Origin: Mobula hypostoma
Taxonomy: Eukaryota
Direction of reading: 5' to 3'
Length of the DNA: 64,000 nt
Assembly: GCF_963921235.1 (NCBI RefSeq)
Contig: NC_086108.1
Location: 80,044,001-80,108,000, forward strand
Translations under genes and position numbers: made by a program
Notes under the pieces: model-generated
Seen by the model: the letters and a program-made list of their open reading frames with translations, nothing else
What the model was told of the DNA's origin: nothing
Database searches by the model: none
Shown: positions 1-12,000 of the stretch, piece after piece
Position numbering within the stretch: position 1 is the first letter of the stretch
Layout: every line of letters begins with the position of its first letter

Positions 1-809
1 TATTCTGTCCATTTGCTTCTGAGCATTTTTATCACTCTTCGTCTTTTTTTTGGTCATCTTTGCTTCCCGTCAACTCTGGACATACGTAGATTGGCGGCAC
101 TCTAAAATTGTCAAGCTCCGCTTTACATCTGCTCCGTCTCTGCAAACTCCTCTCTCATTCGCCTCTCCCACCTTCCCCGACACACACTCCGTCACATATT
201 CTGCGACGAGTTATCTCCATGTAGTTCAGTTAAAGAAAACCTGACACCCTTCCCTGGTTTCGACTTCAGCGATCACGGTGCCAAATTTCTAGTTAAAAAG
301 CTCCCTGGACCCGCAACATCCCAACATCCCGGGTCAGTGGCACACTCAGGGATAACGGCGTGCTGAGGGCGCAGAAGAACACACCTGTGTACACCTTCTC
401 ACTCGTATATCGTGTCCACACATACCACAGAGGTAGGCACAAACACATTGCGCGCACTAAACGTACCACCATCTCGTAAACCCCAGGCGGGGTATTCACC
501 AACATCTGTATGGACTGTTATACCGGAGACATGCTTTATCAATGTTCTATGAAGAGAGTTTTTGAAAATATTGACAACTACTGTTATTCTTAAAGCATCG
601 CACCACAATTCTTTCGGCTGGGAAACGTGCAGTTTCTAAATTAAAGACAACAATCTAGCATTAAACAAACGTCCGACTCAGAAACACCCCCAGCTCTTAT
701 TAATACAGCAATTTCAAAAACAACTTCCAGAAGTCCTGCCGACTTCCTGGTGTTATCACGGGAGGAGAGAGTTAACAAGCACAATATTCTTTTTTTTCTC
801 TTTTTGCAC
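1..809 (-). other. PTCH2: PTCH2 intron 1 (5' part, CpG-retaining, repeat-free)
   Basis: Begins at the GT donor 809-808. No exon-2 peptide (GKAxGQKAPLWLR-like) was found in 1-809. Confidence 0.8.
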
Positions 810-950
810 CTTAGAGATCTGTTTCAATGCGAAAGCAGCGTGGCAGTAACTGGGTCTCCGCAGCAGATCCGAGCAAGCGGCCGGGGCTCGATGACTGTAC
901 CTCGGGGGCAGTGCTCCACCGTCCCGGGCAAGGTTAGAAACCGAAGCCAT
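810..950 (-). CDS. PTCH2: Patched-2 (Hedgehog receptor), first coding exon, 47 codons; rest of gene lies left of the window
   Basis: Translation is MASVSNLARDGGALPPRYSHRAPAACSDLLRRPSYCHAAFALKQISK. DLLRRPSYCHAAFALKQISK matches my recall of the fish Ptch2 N-terminus (Ptch1 has LHRPSYCDAAFALEQISK). Strong Kozak context (GACATGG). Phase-0 GT donor AAG|gtgcaa at 810/809, where Patched exon 1 ends before GKA. Confidence 0.93.
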
Positions 951-1410
951 GTCGCTGGAAACCAGTCGCGGATCGTTTGGTTCAACAACAACAACAGTAA
1001 TAATTCCCCAAAAGTGACAAGAATAACAGCTGGAGAGTCCCTAGTCTCTTCCTGAGCGAAAGCCTGATATTTCCATCCCAACATTTCGCGCAGAAATCCT
1101 CAAGGATCTTGACTCTACATCCACGTGTAGTTTTCTCCCTCTCGCTCGCTCGCTCGCTCCTTTTACTCGTCCCTCTAACACCATGGAATAAAAAAAACTC
1201 TTTCAGCTCAATCTTTACTTCTGTCCCCGATCTCAGGCATCCAACATTTGGAGAGAAAAACCCGCCTCCAGCCCATCAAAAAGAGTTGATGGAAAGTCCT
1301 CTCGACCGGATTCCCATTGGCTAAGGAAGAAGCAAATTACTTAGCAAACATCTACTATTATTAGCTGCTAAGCAACAGCTCACCAAAGTGGACGGACCAC
1401 CCAGACTGCT
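951..1410 (-). promoter_or_regulatory. PTCH2 5'UTR and proximal promoter: GC box (1261-1269), NF-Y CCAAT box (1316-1320)
   Basis: Minus strand reads AGCCAATGG and GGAGGCGGG. CpG-rich, (CTCG)n tract at about 1141-1160, no TE. The TSS itself is not visible. Confidence 0.7.
1395..1403 (+). promoter_or_regulatory. Consensus GLI binding site GACCACCCA
   Basis: Exact 9/9 match, 445 bp upstream of the PTCH2 ATG. Patched genes are direct GLI targets. Confidence 0.85.
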
Positions 1411-1647
1411 GAAGCATCAATGGGAGGTAGCAAAAACTGCATACAAGATCTCTGCGGATCTTTCCAAACCCTTGAATATTTTTTGTAAAAAAAAACAAGT
1501 TTCCCAACTGATACACGAAGTTGACAGCTAAATAGGACCATATATAGTTTAGATATATGTACACATAATGGTTTTTGTCCTGGCAAATACAGTTTGTTAA
1601 ATAGTTTTTTTCAAACTTTAAAATTGAAAGTAGTGGGAACGGCAGTT

Positions 1648-1735
1648 CTCGCTCTCTCTCACACGCACACGCACACACAGAGCCACACATAGGTCTGTGT
1701 ATGTGTATTTATATTAGGTATGTATGCATGTATAT
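1648..1735. repeat. (CT)n/(CA)n/(TG,TA)n low-complexity microsatellite-like tract
   Basis: ctctctctcacacgcacacgcacacac ... gtgtatgtgtat. Confidence 0.6.
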
Positions 1736-3222
1736 AAAACGTCGTGAATTGCCTCGTGAGGTACCCGGGCCCCTTTAGCCCAACAAACGCAGGGGAGGTC
1801 CCAGATGAATTCTGGAGACTGCATAAATAAACCAAGGGCAACTAGATCTGAATAAATGTTCTGCAGAAATCTGGCATTGCTAATGCTGGTAATAAAGTGG
1901 AGTGAAATGAATGAGGTAAACGTGTAGTGAAACTGCATCCAAACATTAACAAGGCTGGGGAGCTAAATATTTTATAACCTGGGGAATAAGAAGATGATAA
2001 TGTGGAGGGGAAAGAACAAGTGACCTTAATCATTTGCAGTAATGCAATTAAAACAAGTAAACAACATATGCAAATATAGGTCGCTTTCTTTTGAGACTCT
2101 ATTATAATTCATAAATATCAGTCCCCCATAGCATTATCCAACCCGGCTATCAGATTGCGTAAATAAAGCTCGCATAGGGAGTGCAAATTAAAAAGGCGTT
2201 AAAGATTCCCAAATCAGTTGGCATTTTTGACTTGCGGCTTTATAATTAGGCTTACACGAGTGTGTACGCTTATATAGTTTTACATAAATGTGTGCGTTGT
2301 GACTTCAGAAAATGTTGTTTTCGTTGCAGCCAGCAGCTGCAGCGTGTTTTTCCTTCCCTGAAGGTTGTTTACCAAGCGGCTAAAATCCTGTGGAAACCCT
2401 GACTGCCTCCTTCGACAAAAGCATGTGTATATGTTAACATTACTAGTGTCCTACATTACCTTAAAGGACACGCAGCGTGCCACCCACCAGCACTGATAGG
2501 ATTAATTATGATAATTTATTTCTTTTCCCCTTTGTCGATCTAATGAATAGTCTTCTTTAAGATTTTTAACGTCTTTTGTTTGTCTTTTAAGGATGCATTG
2601 TAGGATTGCAGATAGCAGGTGGTTATTCCAATCCCGCCTTTGTCTCTATTGGAGGCTTGACGGAGCTTCGGCCGGACGTGGGTTTACTCCTAACTTGCTT
2701 CAGCACAATCCACAGCCGTGTTAAAATGTAGCTGCAGAAGGAGCAGTATTGTAAAATCTTGTCCTCCGTGAGTCGGTTTCGCACACCCTGTTAAATGTTG
2801 TCCATTTCTTACCCCCAACCTGTGTAACCAGTCAGCGAAATGTTTTACAATGCGAGATATGTGTAACAATCTTTTCAATATTCCTAGATATTTCACGACT
2901 CTTCACCCCTATGTTTGCAGCCTTCTTGAAAAGCGCCGCTTTAAACAGCGTATAATCCTGAGCTGCTTCTATGATTCCAATAAAACCTAAAATACAGCAA
3001 CCCGTTTCCTTTTTTTTAACCATATTTTTCTTTTAGATCACAAGCTACATTATATTAAAGAAAGCTGTAGGCAGCTACAGGTTTAACAGAGACATATAAA
3101 CTACACGCGTTGCCCCGCTCCGAATGGTGTCCAATTAACCTTTATAATAAATGTGAGACCCAGACTGAGTTCAACCGCACAGTCGCCCGTTTGTGTGGCT
3201 GAGGGGCCCTGATTCGGCTATA

Positions 3223-3240
3223 CGGCGCCCTCTGCGGGGC
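3223..3240 (-). promoter_or_regulatory. CTCF-like motif
   Basis: Minus strand GCCCCGCAGAGGGCGCCG fits the CTCF core CCNGCAGAGGGCGC. It sits in a CpG-retaining patch at the edge of the repeat-free zone. Confidence 0.65.
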
Positions 3241-3549
3241 ATTGCCTGAGACGAGCGAGACAAGGTATCCACGGCCCAGGGATGGTCCCAGCGGATCAGG
3301 GGCAGCTAGGAATTCCCGAAACTACAGATGTTACATGGTAATTTGCAGACTTTAAATTGCTGGTGGAATATCAGATTGAATTGGCGTGGAGTGAAATTAG
3401 GTTATGAGGTTACTTGGCGGAATCCTTGCAAGAGGAGATCGAGGCTGGTGCGAAGTGGCGTTTGGTACGAACGCTGGAATTTACTGGGGCAAATATTGTT
3501 AGCCAAGTACATAAGGGAAGTCGAATATAAGTCACAGAGTAATAAAGGC

Positions 3550-3640
3550 CTGATAAAGGGTTTCGGTCTGAAACGTCGACTGCTTATTCCTCTCCATAGG
3601 TGCTGCCTGGCTTGCTAAGATCCTCCAGCCTTTTGTGTAC
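3550..3640 (+). mobile_element. Penelope-like element terminus with degenerate hammerhead
   Basis: CTGATAAAGGGTTTCGGTCTGAAACGTCGACT (core CUGAUAA, mutated) followed by the family 3' sequence. Confidence 0.7.
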
Positions 3641-3651
3641 ACTGTACAGTA

Positions 3652-4330
3652 TATCGCAATGGAAACAGGCTTTTCGGCCCAACTCGTCTATGCTGACTAC
3701 GAAGCCTACTTAGCTAATTCAGTTTGCCCTCATTTGGCCCATATCCCAGTCTAAACCTCTCCTATCCATGTACTGCTGTTATTGTACCTGCCTCAACCAC
3801 TTCCTCTGGCAGCTTGTTTCAAACACACACTACACTCTACATTAAACATGTGTCCCTCAGGGTCTAAATCTCACCTTAAATAGACAGTTTTTAGTTCCCC
3901 TTCCATGGGAACAAAGACCATGCATGTTTACTTGACCTATGACTCACATGTTTTTGTTCACCATGATAACTTCACCCATCAATCTCTTACATTCTGCAGA
4001 ATGAAGTCATAGTTTGTTCGAGCTATCCCTATAACTCGCGTTCAAGTCCTGGCAGGATCCTTGTGAAACTTCTCTGGACTCTTTCCAGTTTAAGATTGTC
4101 TTTTCCTATAACAGGGTGACCAAAACTGTACACAGTACACCAAGCGCAGCACACCTATGTCTGTACAACTTCAATGTAATGTCACATCACAGTGCTCGGA
4201 TTAACAAAGGGCAATTTGCCCAAAGCCGCCGTCACCTCTCTGCCCAATTGGGATGCTGCTTCAGGCGAACTATGTGCTTGCTCTTCAAGGTTTCTGTGTT
4301 CCAAGACATTCCAAGGGATTGGCCGTTCAC
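3652..4330 (-). mobile_element. CR1-clade LINE 3' fragment
   Basis: Reverse complement of the CR1 RT C-terminus and 3' tail seen on + at 5900-6500. Confidence 0.75.
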
Positions 4331-6500
4331 TGTATTAATGGGAGATTTTAATTTCCTTGGTATTGACTGGACCATCCAGAGTGCTAAAGGCTTGAATGGG
4401 GTGGAATTTGTGAAATGTTTCCTGAGTCAATATATAGAGGGCCATACTGAGGAAGATTCGGTACTAGACCTCTTTTTGGAAAACCAGGCAGGGAAATTTA
4501 CAGAAGATGCAGTCAGGGAGCATTCTGGCCTTAGAAACCATAACCCTATTAGTTTTAAAATGGTGAAAGAAGAGGATAGGACAGGTCCACTGGTTAGGGT
4601 CCTAAACAGAAGCAGGGCTAATTTTGGTGAAATTAGACAGGATCTAGCAGAGGTCTATTGGGTGAACCTGTTTAAAAAGAAAGCAAGTGGGAAACTTTTG
4701 AGAGTGTGATATCAAGTGTTCAGGGGCAGCCTGTTCCTGTTATGGTGAAGGGTAAACCTGGCAAGTTTAGTGAACCTTGGAAATATCAAGGCTCTAGTCA
4801 AGAAAAAGAAAGAAGCATACATTGGGTTTAGGAGATAGGATCAAATGAATCCCTTGATGGGCAAAGAGAGGGTATGAGATGGATATGGCAGGTGAGGTTA
4901 AGGAAAATCCCACAATGTTCTGGAGCCATATTAGGAGTAAAAGGGCAGCTAGGAAGAGAATAAGTTCCTTAGAGAGCAGCAGTGCTGCCTGTGTCTTGAA
5001 CCACAGGAGATGGCTGGGATTTTTGATGAAACTTCTCTTTGGTATTTATTGAGTAGAACATCATGATTGCTGAAGACATGTTTGCACCGTCGTTAGCCAC
5101 TGGAGGAATTCCTGAAGACTGGGAGGTGGCTAATGCTATTTTGTTTAAGAAGGGTAGCAGGACAAACCAGGGAGCTACAACCTGGTCGGCCTGTATTAGT
5201 GGTGGGGAAGTTACTGGAGAGAGTTTGGATAGACAATCTAATTAGAAGGAGTCACCATAGCTTTGTGCATGGAAAGTTGTGCTTGAAAAATCTCCTAGAG
5301 GTTTTGGAAGTAATCAAAAATATAGATGGAGGGAGGGCAGTGGATATTGTCTATTTGGACCTGAACAAAGCCTTTAACAAGGTCTTGCATGGCAGGCCAG
5401 CTTGCAAGTTACATCCCATGGACTCCATAGGGAGATAGTTTGGTGGATTCAAAATTGGCTTGGAGGACGGAAGCAGAGAATGGTTGTGGAAGCTTGTTTC
5501 TTGGAATGGAGACCAGTGACGAGTGGTGTGCTGCAGGGGTCAATGTTGGAATTCCTGTTATTCGCTATTTATAGAAATAAGGTGGACCCAAATGCACAAG
5601 GCTTGATCAGTAAGTTTGTCGATGACATAAAATTAGTGATAGTGAAGAAGATTATTGTAGATTACAATGGGATCTTGAATAGTTAGGGAAGTGGGATGAG
5701 GATTGGCAAATGGATTTCAATATAGATAAGTGTGAGGTGATGCATATTGGAAAGTCAAAGGAGCATAGGAGTGGTAGAGTACTAGAGAGTTTAAAGAAAC
5801 AGAGGAACTCACCAATACAAATGCACAATTTGTTGAAAGTGGCATCACAGGTAGACAGAGAGGTGAAAATGGTGTGTAGTATGCTGGCCTTTATCAGTCA
5901 GAGCAATGAGTATCAGTGATGGGACATTAGGTTGCAGTTGTATAAGTTGTTTCTGAGGCTGTTTCTGGATGTGGTACAGTTCCGGTCACCCTATTATAGG
6001 AAAGATGTGATTAAACTGGAAAAAAGTGCCAAAAAGCTTTATGAGGATGTGTGCCAGGACCAGAGAGCCTGGTGTGAAGAGTTTGGCTGGGCTAGGTCTT
6101 TATTCCTTGGGGAATGAGCAGTGACTTTACAGAAATGTTTTAAGATTATGAGAGGCATAGGTAAGGTAGATGGTAACAGTCTTCTCTGCAGGATGGCAGT
6201 CCAAAACTAGGGGACAAAGGATTAAGGTGAGAGGGGAAATATTTAAAGTGGACCTGAATGGCAACTTCTGCACGCAGAGTGTGGTGAGACTATGGAATGA
6301 GCTGCGAGAGGAACTCGCTGAGTGAAGTGCAATGGTATAATTTTAGAAGCACTTGGCGAGGTACATGGAGAGGTGGAGCTTCGGAGATATGGGCTAAATG
6401 CCAAAAGTCGATTCTAGCTGGAATGGCATCATGTTCAGTATGGACTCACTGGACCGAAAGGCCTGTATCCATGCTATATTGCTCTTTGACCTTACGACTC
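4331..6500 (+). mobile_element. CR1-clade LINE, 5'-truncated and degenerate (APE remnant + RT + 3' tail)
   Basis: MGDFNFLGIDW, VLDLFL, PEDWEVAN, VDIVYLDLNKAFNKV, SGVLQGSML, KFVDD, FNIDKCEVMHIG; many frameshifts. Confidence 0.9.
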
Positions 6501-6599
6501 TAAATCCTACATCAGCAGGATTATTATAGAGTATTATTATGATAGCGGGGTTCAATTAGTGTATTCAGTGAGGTTTTATTTTTCCTTTTCTCGATTTAG

Positions 6600-6818
6600 A
6601 GTTTCAGCATGGTCATTGGCACTTCCAGCTCAAGGAGTGTGCGCCACCCATCTACACCCATGTGACTAATTAACCTAGTAACCCCTACTTCTTTGGAATG
6701 TGGGAGGAAACAGGAGTGCCCAGGGGAAACCCATGAGGTCATGGGGAGAACGTACAAACTCCTTACAGACAGTGGTGGAAGTGTGTTATACTAACCATTA
6801 TGCTGTCATGTTGCCCCC
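6600..6818 (-). mobile_element. tRNA-derived V-SINE (HE1-like)
   Basis: Reverse complement contains the V-domain GTTTGTACGTTCTCCCC...GGTTTCC...TTTCCTCCCACATTCCAAAG. Confidence 0.75.
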
Positions 6819-9679
6819 AAGTAACCCATTTACATTTTAACAGAGACATACACCCTAAATACATTGCCACGATAAGGCTGGCAGAGTTAATGGAAGACTT
6901 ACCAGGGTAGAGTATATGAATCTTTGGAAATGCATGGAGCTTCCCATGCAAAAACAATGTGGGAGCTCCTTCACCGAAAGGAATAACGCTGTACAAGGAG
7001 GTAGCTCATCACCAATGTTCCCTCTGTAATGACCGGTGTGCACAAAAATCTTCTGCTGTGCCATTTTTTGCCCAGTGACAACAACATGTGTGCACTGAAT
7101 TTTATATATGGAGGTATTCATTTTAACAGCTCCAAAATACTGTCGACAAGAACTTTGTTCTCCTCTGGGTTTGATTGTTTTTTGCTCTCGTTCATCTGCA
7201 CTCTCATAAAACATATGTAGCAAGCCTGTAGTGGGTAAGGATTTTCTCGCCGGAGCTGTTGCACACTGTCCGTATGTGATTGGTTTGCTTAATGATACTT
7301 TAAAAAATCAAGTTTCAAAATATCACTCCACTTCTTCCCACTGGCAAATTCTCCAGCAACTTTGCTATCGCGACAATACACGTAGGTAACTCTGGTTTCT
7401 GTATTGTACACAAATATATCTCATAGCTGCATGCTCCTGACCTCATGAGCTTTCAGTGCAGCAGTTTCTACTGTTTCATTTGGCCGTTCCAATTTAAATG
7501 AACTCGCTGTTCTTTTGCACTTCATGCCTTTTGCTTCTTTGGAATTTGACATAGTGAATCAATAACTTCTTCAATAAAAATAGTATTAATAAGGCAGTTC
7601 TAAAATCTGCAGACAAATCATTGCAAGTTCCACGGTGTCAACACTGTCCACATCAGAAACCGGAAAACGAAATGTAATTGTGTACGATTGTGAAATGTAC
7701 TTAACATGCCAATGAGGTAGAGGGTGACAACCTTTTGTACACAGAAGCAAAAGGTTTGCGTGAATGCACATGTGCACATCTTCGAGGGAACATTGCTCAT
7801 CACCATCTTCGTAAAGGCAGTTAGGAATAGACTGTAAATTAAAGAATATAAGAAATGGTTGTTTGGGCACAGATGGTGGGGTTTGTCAGTCAAGGCAGGA
7901 CTGTGCACTGTTTGAAAGGTTTAGGAGAGCACTAACCTGCAAATGTCAAGGCAGAATTGTTGACTGGATCTTTAATGGGATGGTACCCTACATTCTTCAG
8001 AAGAGATCTAGATATTACAAGCTCCTGCTTCACGAGAAGTTTTGGAGACTTGTCAAGCCTCATTTATTACAATTAACAATGACTTAAATTGTTTAAAAAT
8101 CTAATCTATTTCGAATTATGCCTTTCTAACAAATAAGCAGTTCCATATGTTTTAATATGTTTGCAATCTGCTCGTTCTTACTAATCAAACTCTGTTCCTT
8201 CCTGACACTTAAAGTTAAAGCCCGAACAAATGGATGAAATAGAAACCCAGATCAAGGTAATAAGTGATGACATTCAAAAAGCAATCTACAAGTAGCATAA
8301 AACTAGGTTTTTAAAAATAATTTACATAACATAATTATGTATTTTTAAAACTGCAGGGATTTTTGATTAAACAGACTGTGTTACCTCACCAAAATACCAA
8401 ATGGTATGATACGGTGCATTGCAATAATGTGTAAACTTTATTGAATTTACTCTACTAGTTTAAAATGGAAAGAGTCATTGCTAACAGATCTATCCCTGAA
8501 CTATGTTCTCAATGACCAACCCGCAGGAATTTATCTGGCCTTGATCTCTCATGACATGGATGGATGGTCCTAAACCACTTCCGGACAGGCATCGGCCAGG
8601 ATGGGGATATTGCAACAATGTGCAAATATGGGATGATTCAGACTTTGTTCCTTAACATAGTATTGCCCTTCCATTTGCTCACACAACTATGCTCCACTGC
8701 CACTTCTCCACCCACCCTGCAAATGTGAAAAATAGTAACTGTGTAGTTTGGATTGCTGGAGAATAATTCCAGAATACAAAATTATTTTCATTGAAGACTT
8801 GATTGAATTTGTCCTTCTCCTTTAAGTACACTTAGCTGCACAATTATTATTAGTATTCCCTTATTTCCTCAAAAGTCTTTGTATCGTCTTCAGAATTGTA
8901 ACCACAGTGGCATTTGTAGTTCACTGTTTCTGTAGGTTCAGTAGCATTATGGTTCTCTTCCAGCAGATAAATCATCTCCTGTGGGTTCTGAGGTGACTGA
9001 TGAGGTCCATGTGGTACCTGCAGCCTCTGCCACAGGTGAGCAGGTGCTCAGCAGGGTGGATGGATGGAGGTAGCACATTCCTTTCCATTTTTGCAAGGCT
9101 TCCTTTTGCTCCAAAAGGGACTCAAGGTCCTCAGAGGTATCCAACACACTCCTTCTCCAGTTGGATTGATGTTGGATGCAGGGATTTCTACAAGTGCTAC
9201 ATTTTCAGGCTGATATCATCCCTGAATTGTTTCCTCTGTCCTCCTCTTGTTATGATCTCTTCAGTCCTCACCTCTGTGGTGTTTTTTATAGGTGATTGCA
9301 AATGCCAATTTGTACCTCTTTATTTTTCAAGTATTTTGCTCTGTGGTTGTACTGTATGCTTTGGCTATGATCCTATTAGGTGAAACTTAAATATTCCAAG
9401 TCGAAGGCAACCAACCTTAAGGTAAATGCAACATTAAGCAAATACTTTTAATCCATCACTGAGAAAGCCAACTTTCATTAATTACACAATGTAGTGTTCT
9501 TGTGCCTCTGATTAGAATCAAAAGTCTCATCAGAAAGTTTAATAGCTCTTAAATTTGTATGAAGGAGTTTCACCATTGACTAAAATGTGCTTTAGTCCCA
9601 ACTAAACAAATATTAAAGATGATGGTATCACCTGTCAGGTATATGGGCATAGCTATTTTTTAAATATACCTCATAAAAT

Positions 9680-10370
9680 CACAGACTTGTACAGTGCAGA
9701 AATAGGCTCTTTCAGTCCTATTCGTCCATGCTGAGCAAGATGTCTGTCATGGCTGCATTAGGCCTGCGTTTATCTGCTCCTATCCTATCTGGCCAAACAT
9801 TTGGAAAGCATACTAATAGTGTTGCCTCCATCACCTCTGGCAGCTAATTCCAGATATTCACCACCCCCCAAAAACTCACTCTAAAGGTCTCTTCTAAATT
9901 TCTCCCCTCTTACTTTAAACGTGCCCTCTAGTTCTAGATTCCCCTGCCCTGGGAAAAAGATTCTTAACATATACTTGATCTACCCATTTCATAAACTTCC
10001 ATAAGGTCACCCATAAGCCTCCAGTAAGAAAAAAACCAGCCTTGCAAAATATGCAATATTATTTCATAACTACAGCCCTCCATTCCAGGCAACATACTGG
10101 TGAATTTTCTGGACTCTGTGTGGCTACCACATTCTTCCTGTAGTATGGCAACCAGAACTATGCACAGTGCTCATAAAATGCCGGAGGAACTCAGCAGGCC
10201 AGGCAACATCTGTGGAAAAGAGTACAGTCAACGTTTCGGACCGAGACTCTTCAGCATTTCCTCCAGCATTTTGTGCATGTTGCTTGGATTTCCAGCATCT
10301 GCAGATTTCCTCTTGTCTATGCGCAGTGCTCCAAGTTTGGTCTAACCAATGTTTTGTACAGCTACACATG
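9680..10370 (-). mobile_element. CR1 LINE 3' fragment, interrupted at 10173-10316
   Basis: CR1 tail and RT C-terminal homology to other copies in the window. Confidence 0.7.
10173..10316. mobile_element. Mini inverted Penelope-like terminus insertion with 15-bp TSD
   Basis: Minus-strand arm with partial hammerhead (GAAACGTTGACT) is joined to a plus-strand arm with tail. Flanked by CTATGCACAGTGCTC (10158-10172) and CTATGCGCAGTGCTC (10317-10331). Confidence 0.8.
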
Positions 10371-11719
10371 AGTGAATGTCACTCCAAATAAATGGCAAAT
10401 TGTGACCAAATGTAATTCTTCTTATTGATTCTAACTACATTTTGGGAATTCAGTGCATTTTATAAATGCAAAGTTTCTTCCTGTTTGCTGCAACTGAAGT
10501 TCTGGAGCTGCAGCAGGGTTAGTATGGCGTAACTTCCACTCATTCTGCCTCTGTTAAGAACGAGCAGAGATATAAAAGAATTTGATTAAGTACAGAGTAA
10601 TGCATATGTGGGAGTGATTACAAGGCTGAAGGCTTAAGGAAATGTTTTTATTCTTTGAGTTTCATGCTGTCTGGAAGGGGTCAATTCCGTTAATAATTTT
10701 CAACCAAAGCCTCAAAGGAATATTCCCTACAGTGCCAGTGTGATAGTTCTATTTCCCACATCTGTCATTCTTGTGGCTTCACTGAGTAACACTGGTAATT
10801 GATGCCAAATAGAGCTTAACTATGGGCATTTAGGTCTATGGACCTGTGCCTACTAGGATTGAAACTACTACAGACTCATTTAGCTAACAATCACTTACAG
10901 GCCGCAAAGATTATCATCCGTCAGTCTGGGGTCGATTATAACCCAAACCCTAGAGATGAAAGAACAATTTTTTAAAAAGTACTTTAAAAAGAAACATCAA
11001 GAAGAAAATTAATAGTAACTCCTGCAAAGTGAAATGTGGCTTTTTGTAGATGGAAACATGAAAACCTTATGGTAAATTAAGCTTTAAATAAACACTATCA
11101 ATCCAACACTGACAAATGTTCCCTTAAGATCCCATTTTCAGTAATTACACGAAAAATACACGCTGCATTGTTACATCATAAAAGAATAATTAAGCACAAT
11201 ACTTTTTAAATGTTATAATTCTCTCATGTTAAATTTATCTTCATCTGCCTAGATACTCTCCCATTATCACAGTGAGATGAATAGGTTTTTGATGCAGCTG
11301 TTGAGTTAATCTTGGGCTGGTGGTGCATCTTTATCAGACTCTTCTCTATTCTTGCCTCTGAGGAAATGTTGTTTGTTTACTCTGTGCTATACTGACAACT
11401 AATATCAGAGAAATGATCACTTTGAATTTGCATGTTAATACCATCCTAGGGATTTCTTTGAGACATTAATATGTCCTTTCCCTGCATCACCAGTCTTGTA
11501 CTGAAATATTTTAGAAATTAACTAGAGCTATTTATTCTTGTAATTGGAGGCTGACTCACTCTTAGTTGTAACATGCTAATTAAAGTCAGAACACTACTCA
11601 AACTCGATTGTATTATAAATGATAACGCCAGAAATGTTGCCTACAAAAAAAAACTCAAATAAGGCAATTGCAAAATCAACATTACAGGAATATAAGAATA
11701 AAAATAAACAAATTAACGC

Positions 11720-12000
11720 CTTGTTCCAACTTTCAATGACATCATGGCTAATTCATGACAGCTCCATTTTTAACCCATATTCCTTAATATCTTTGATTAG
11801 CAATAATCCATCAATCTCAGATTTAAAATCAACATTTGACCTGAAGCAAGTTCCAGACTTCTGCAAAACGCTGTGAGTGGAAGTGTTTCATACTTCATTC
11901 CTAAAAGACCTGTCTATAATTTTTAGACTAGGCCCACTAGTCCTAAACTTTTGAAATAGTGGAACTATTTTTTCTCTCACTATTTAATTGTTCCTCTTTA
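11720..12000 (-). mobile_element. Old CR1 3' tail fragment
   Basis: Degenerate similarity to the CR1 tails at 14095 and 17485. Confidence 0.45.

Noticed and set aside
1..57. Minus-strand ATG opening MTKKKTKSDKNAQKQMDRI at the window edge
   Set aside because: No recognisable homology and it lies in PTCH2 intron 1; not Patched exon 2.
750..1055. Plus-strand 101-aa ORF antisense to PTCH2 exon 1
   Set aside because: Non-ATG start, no motif; shadow of the GC-rich exon.
6642..6650. GLI-like CGCCACCCA
   Set aside because: Inside a V-SINE copy and mismatched.
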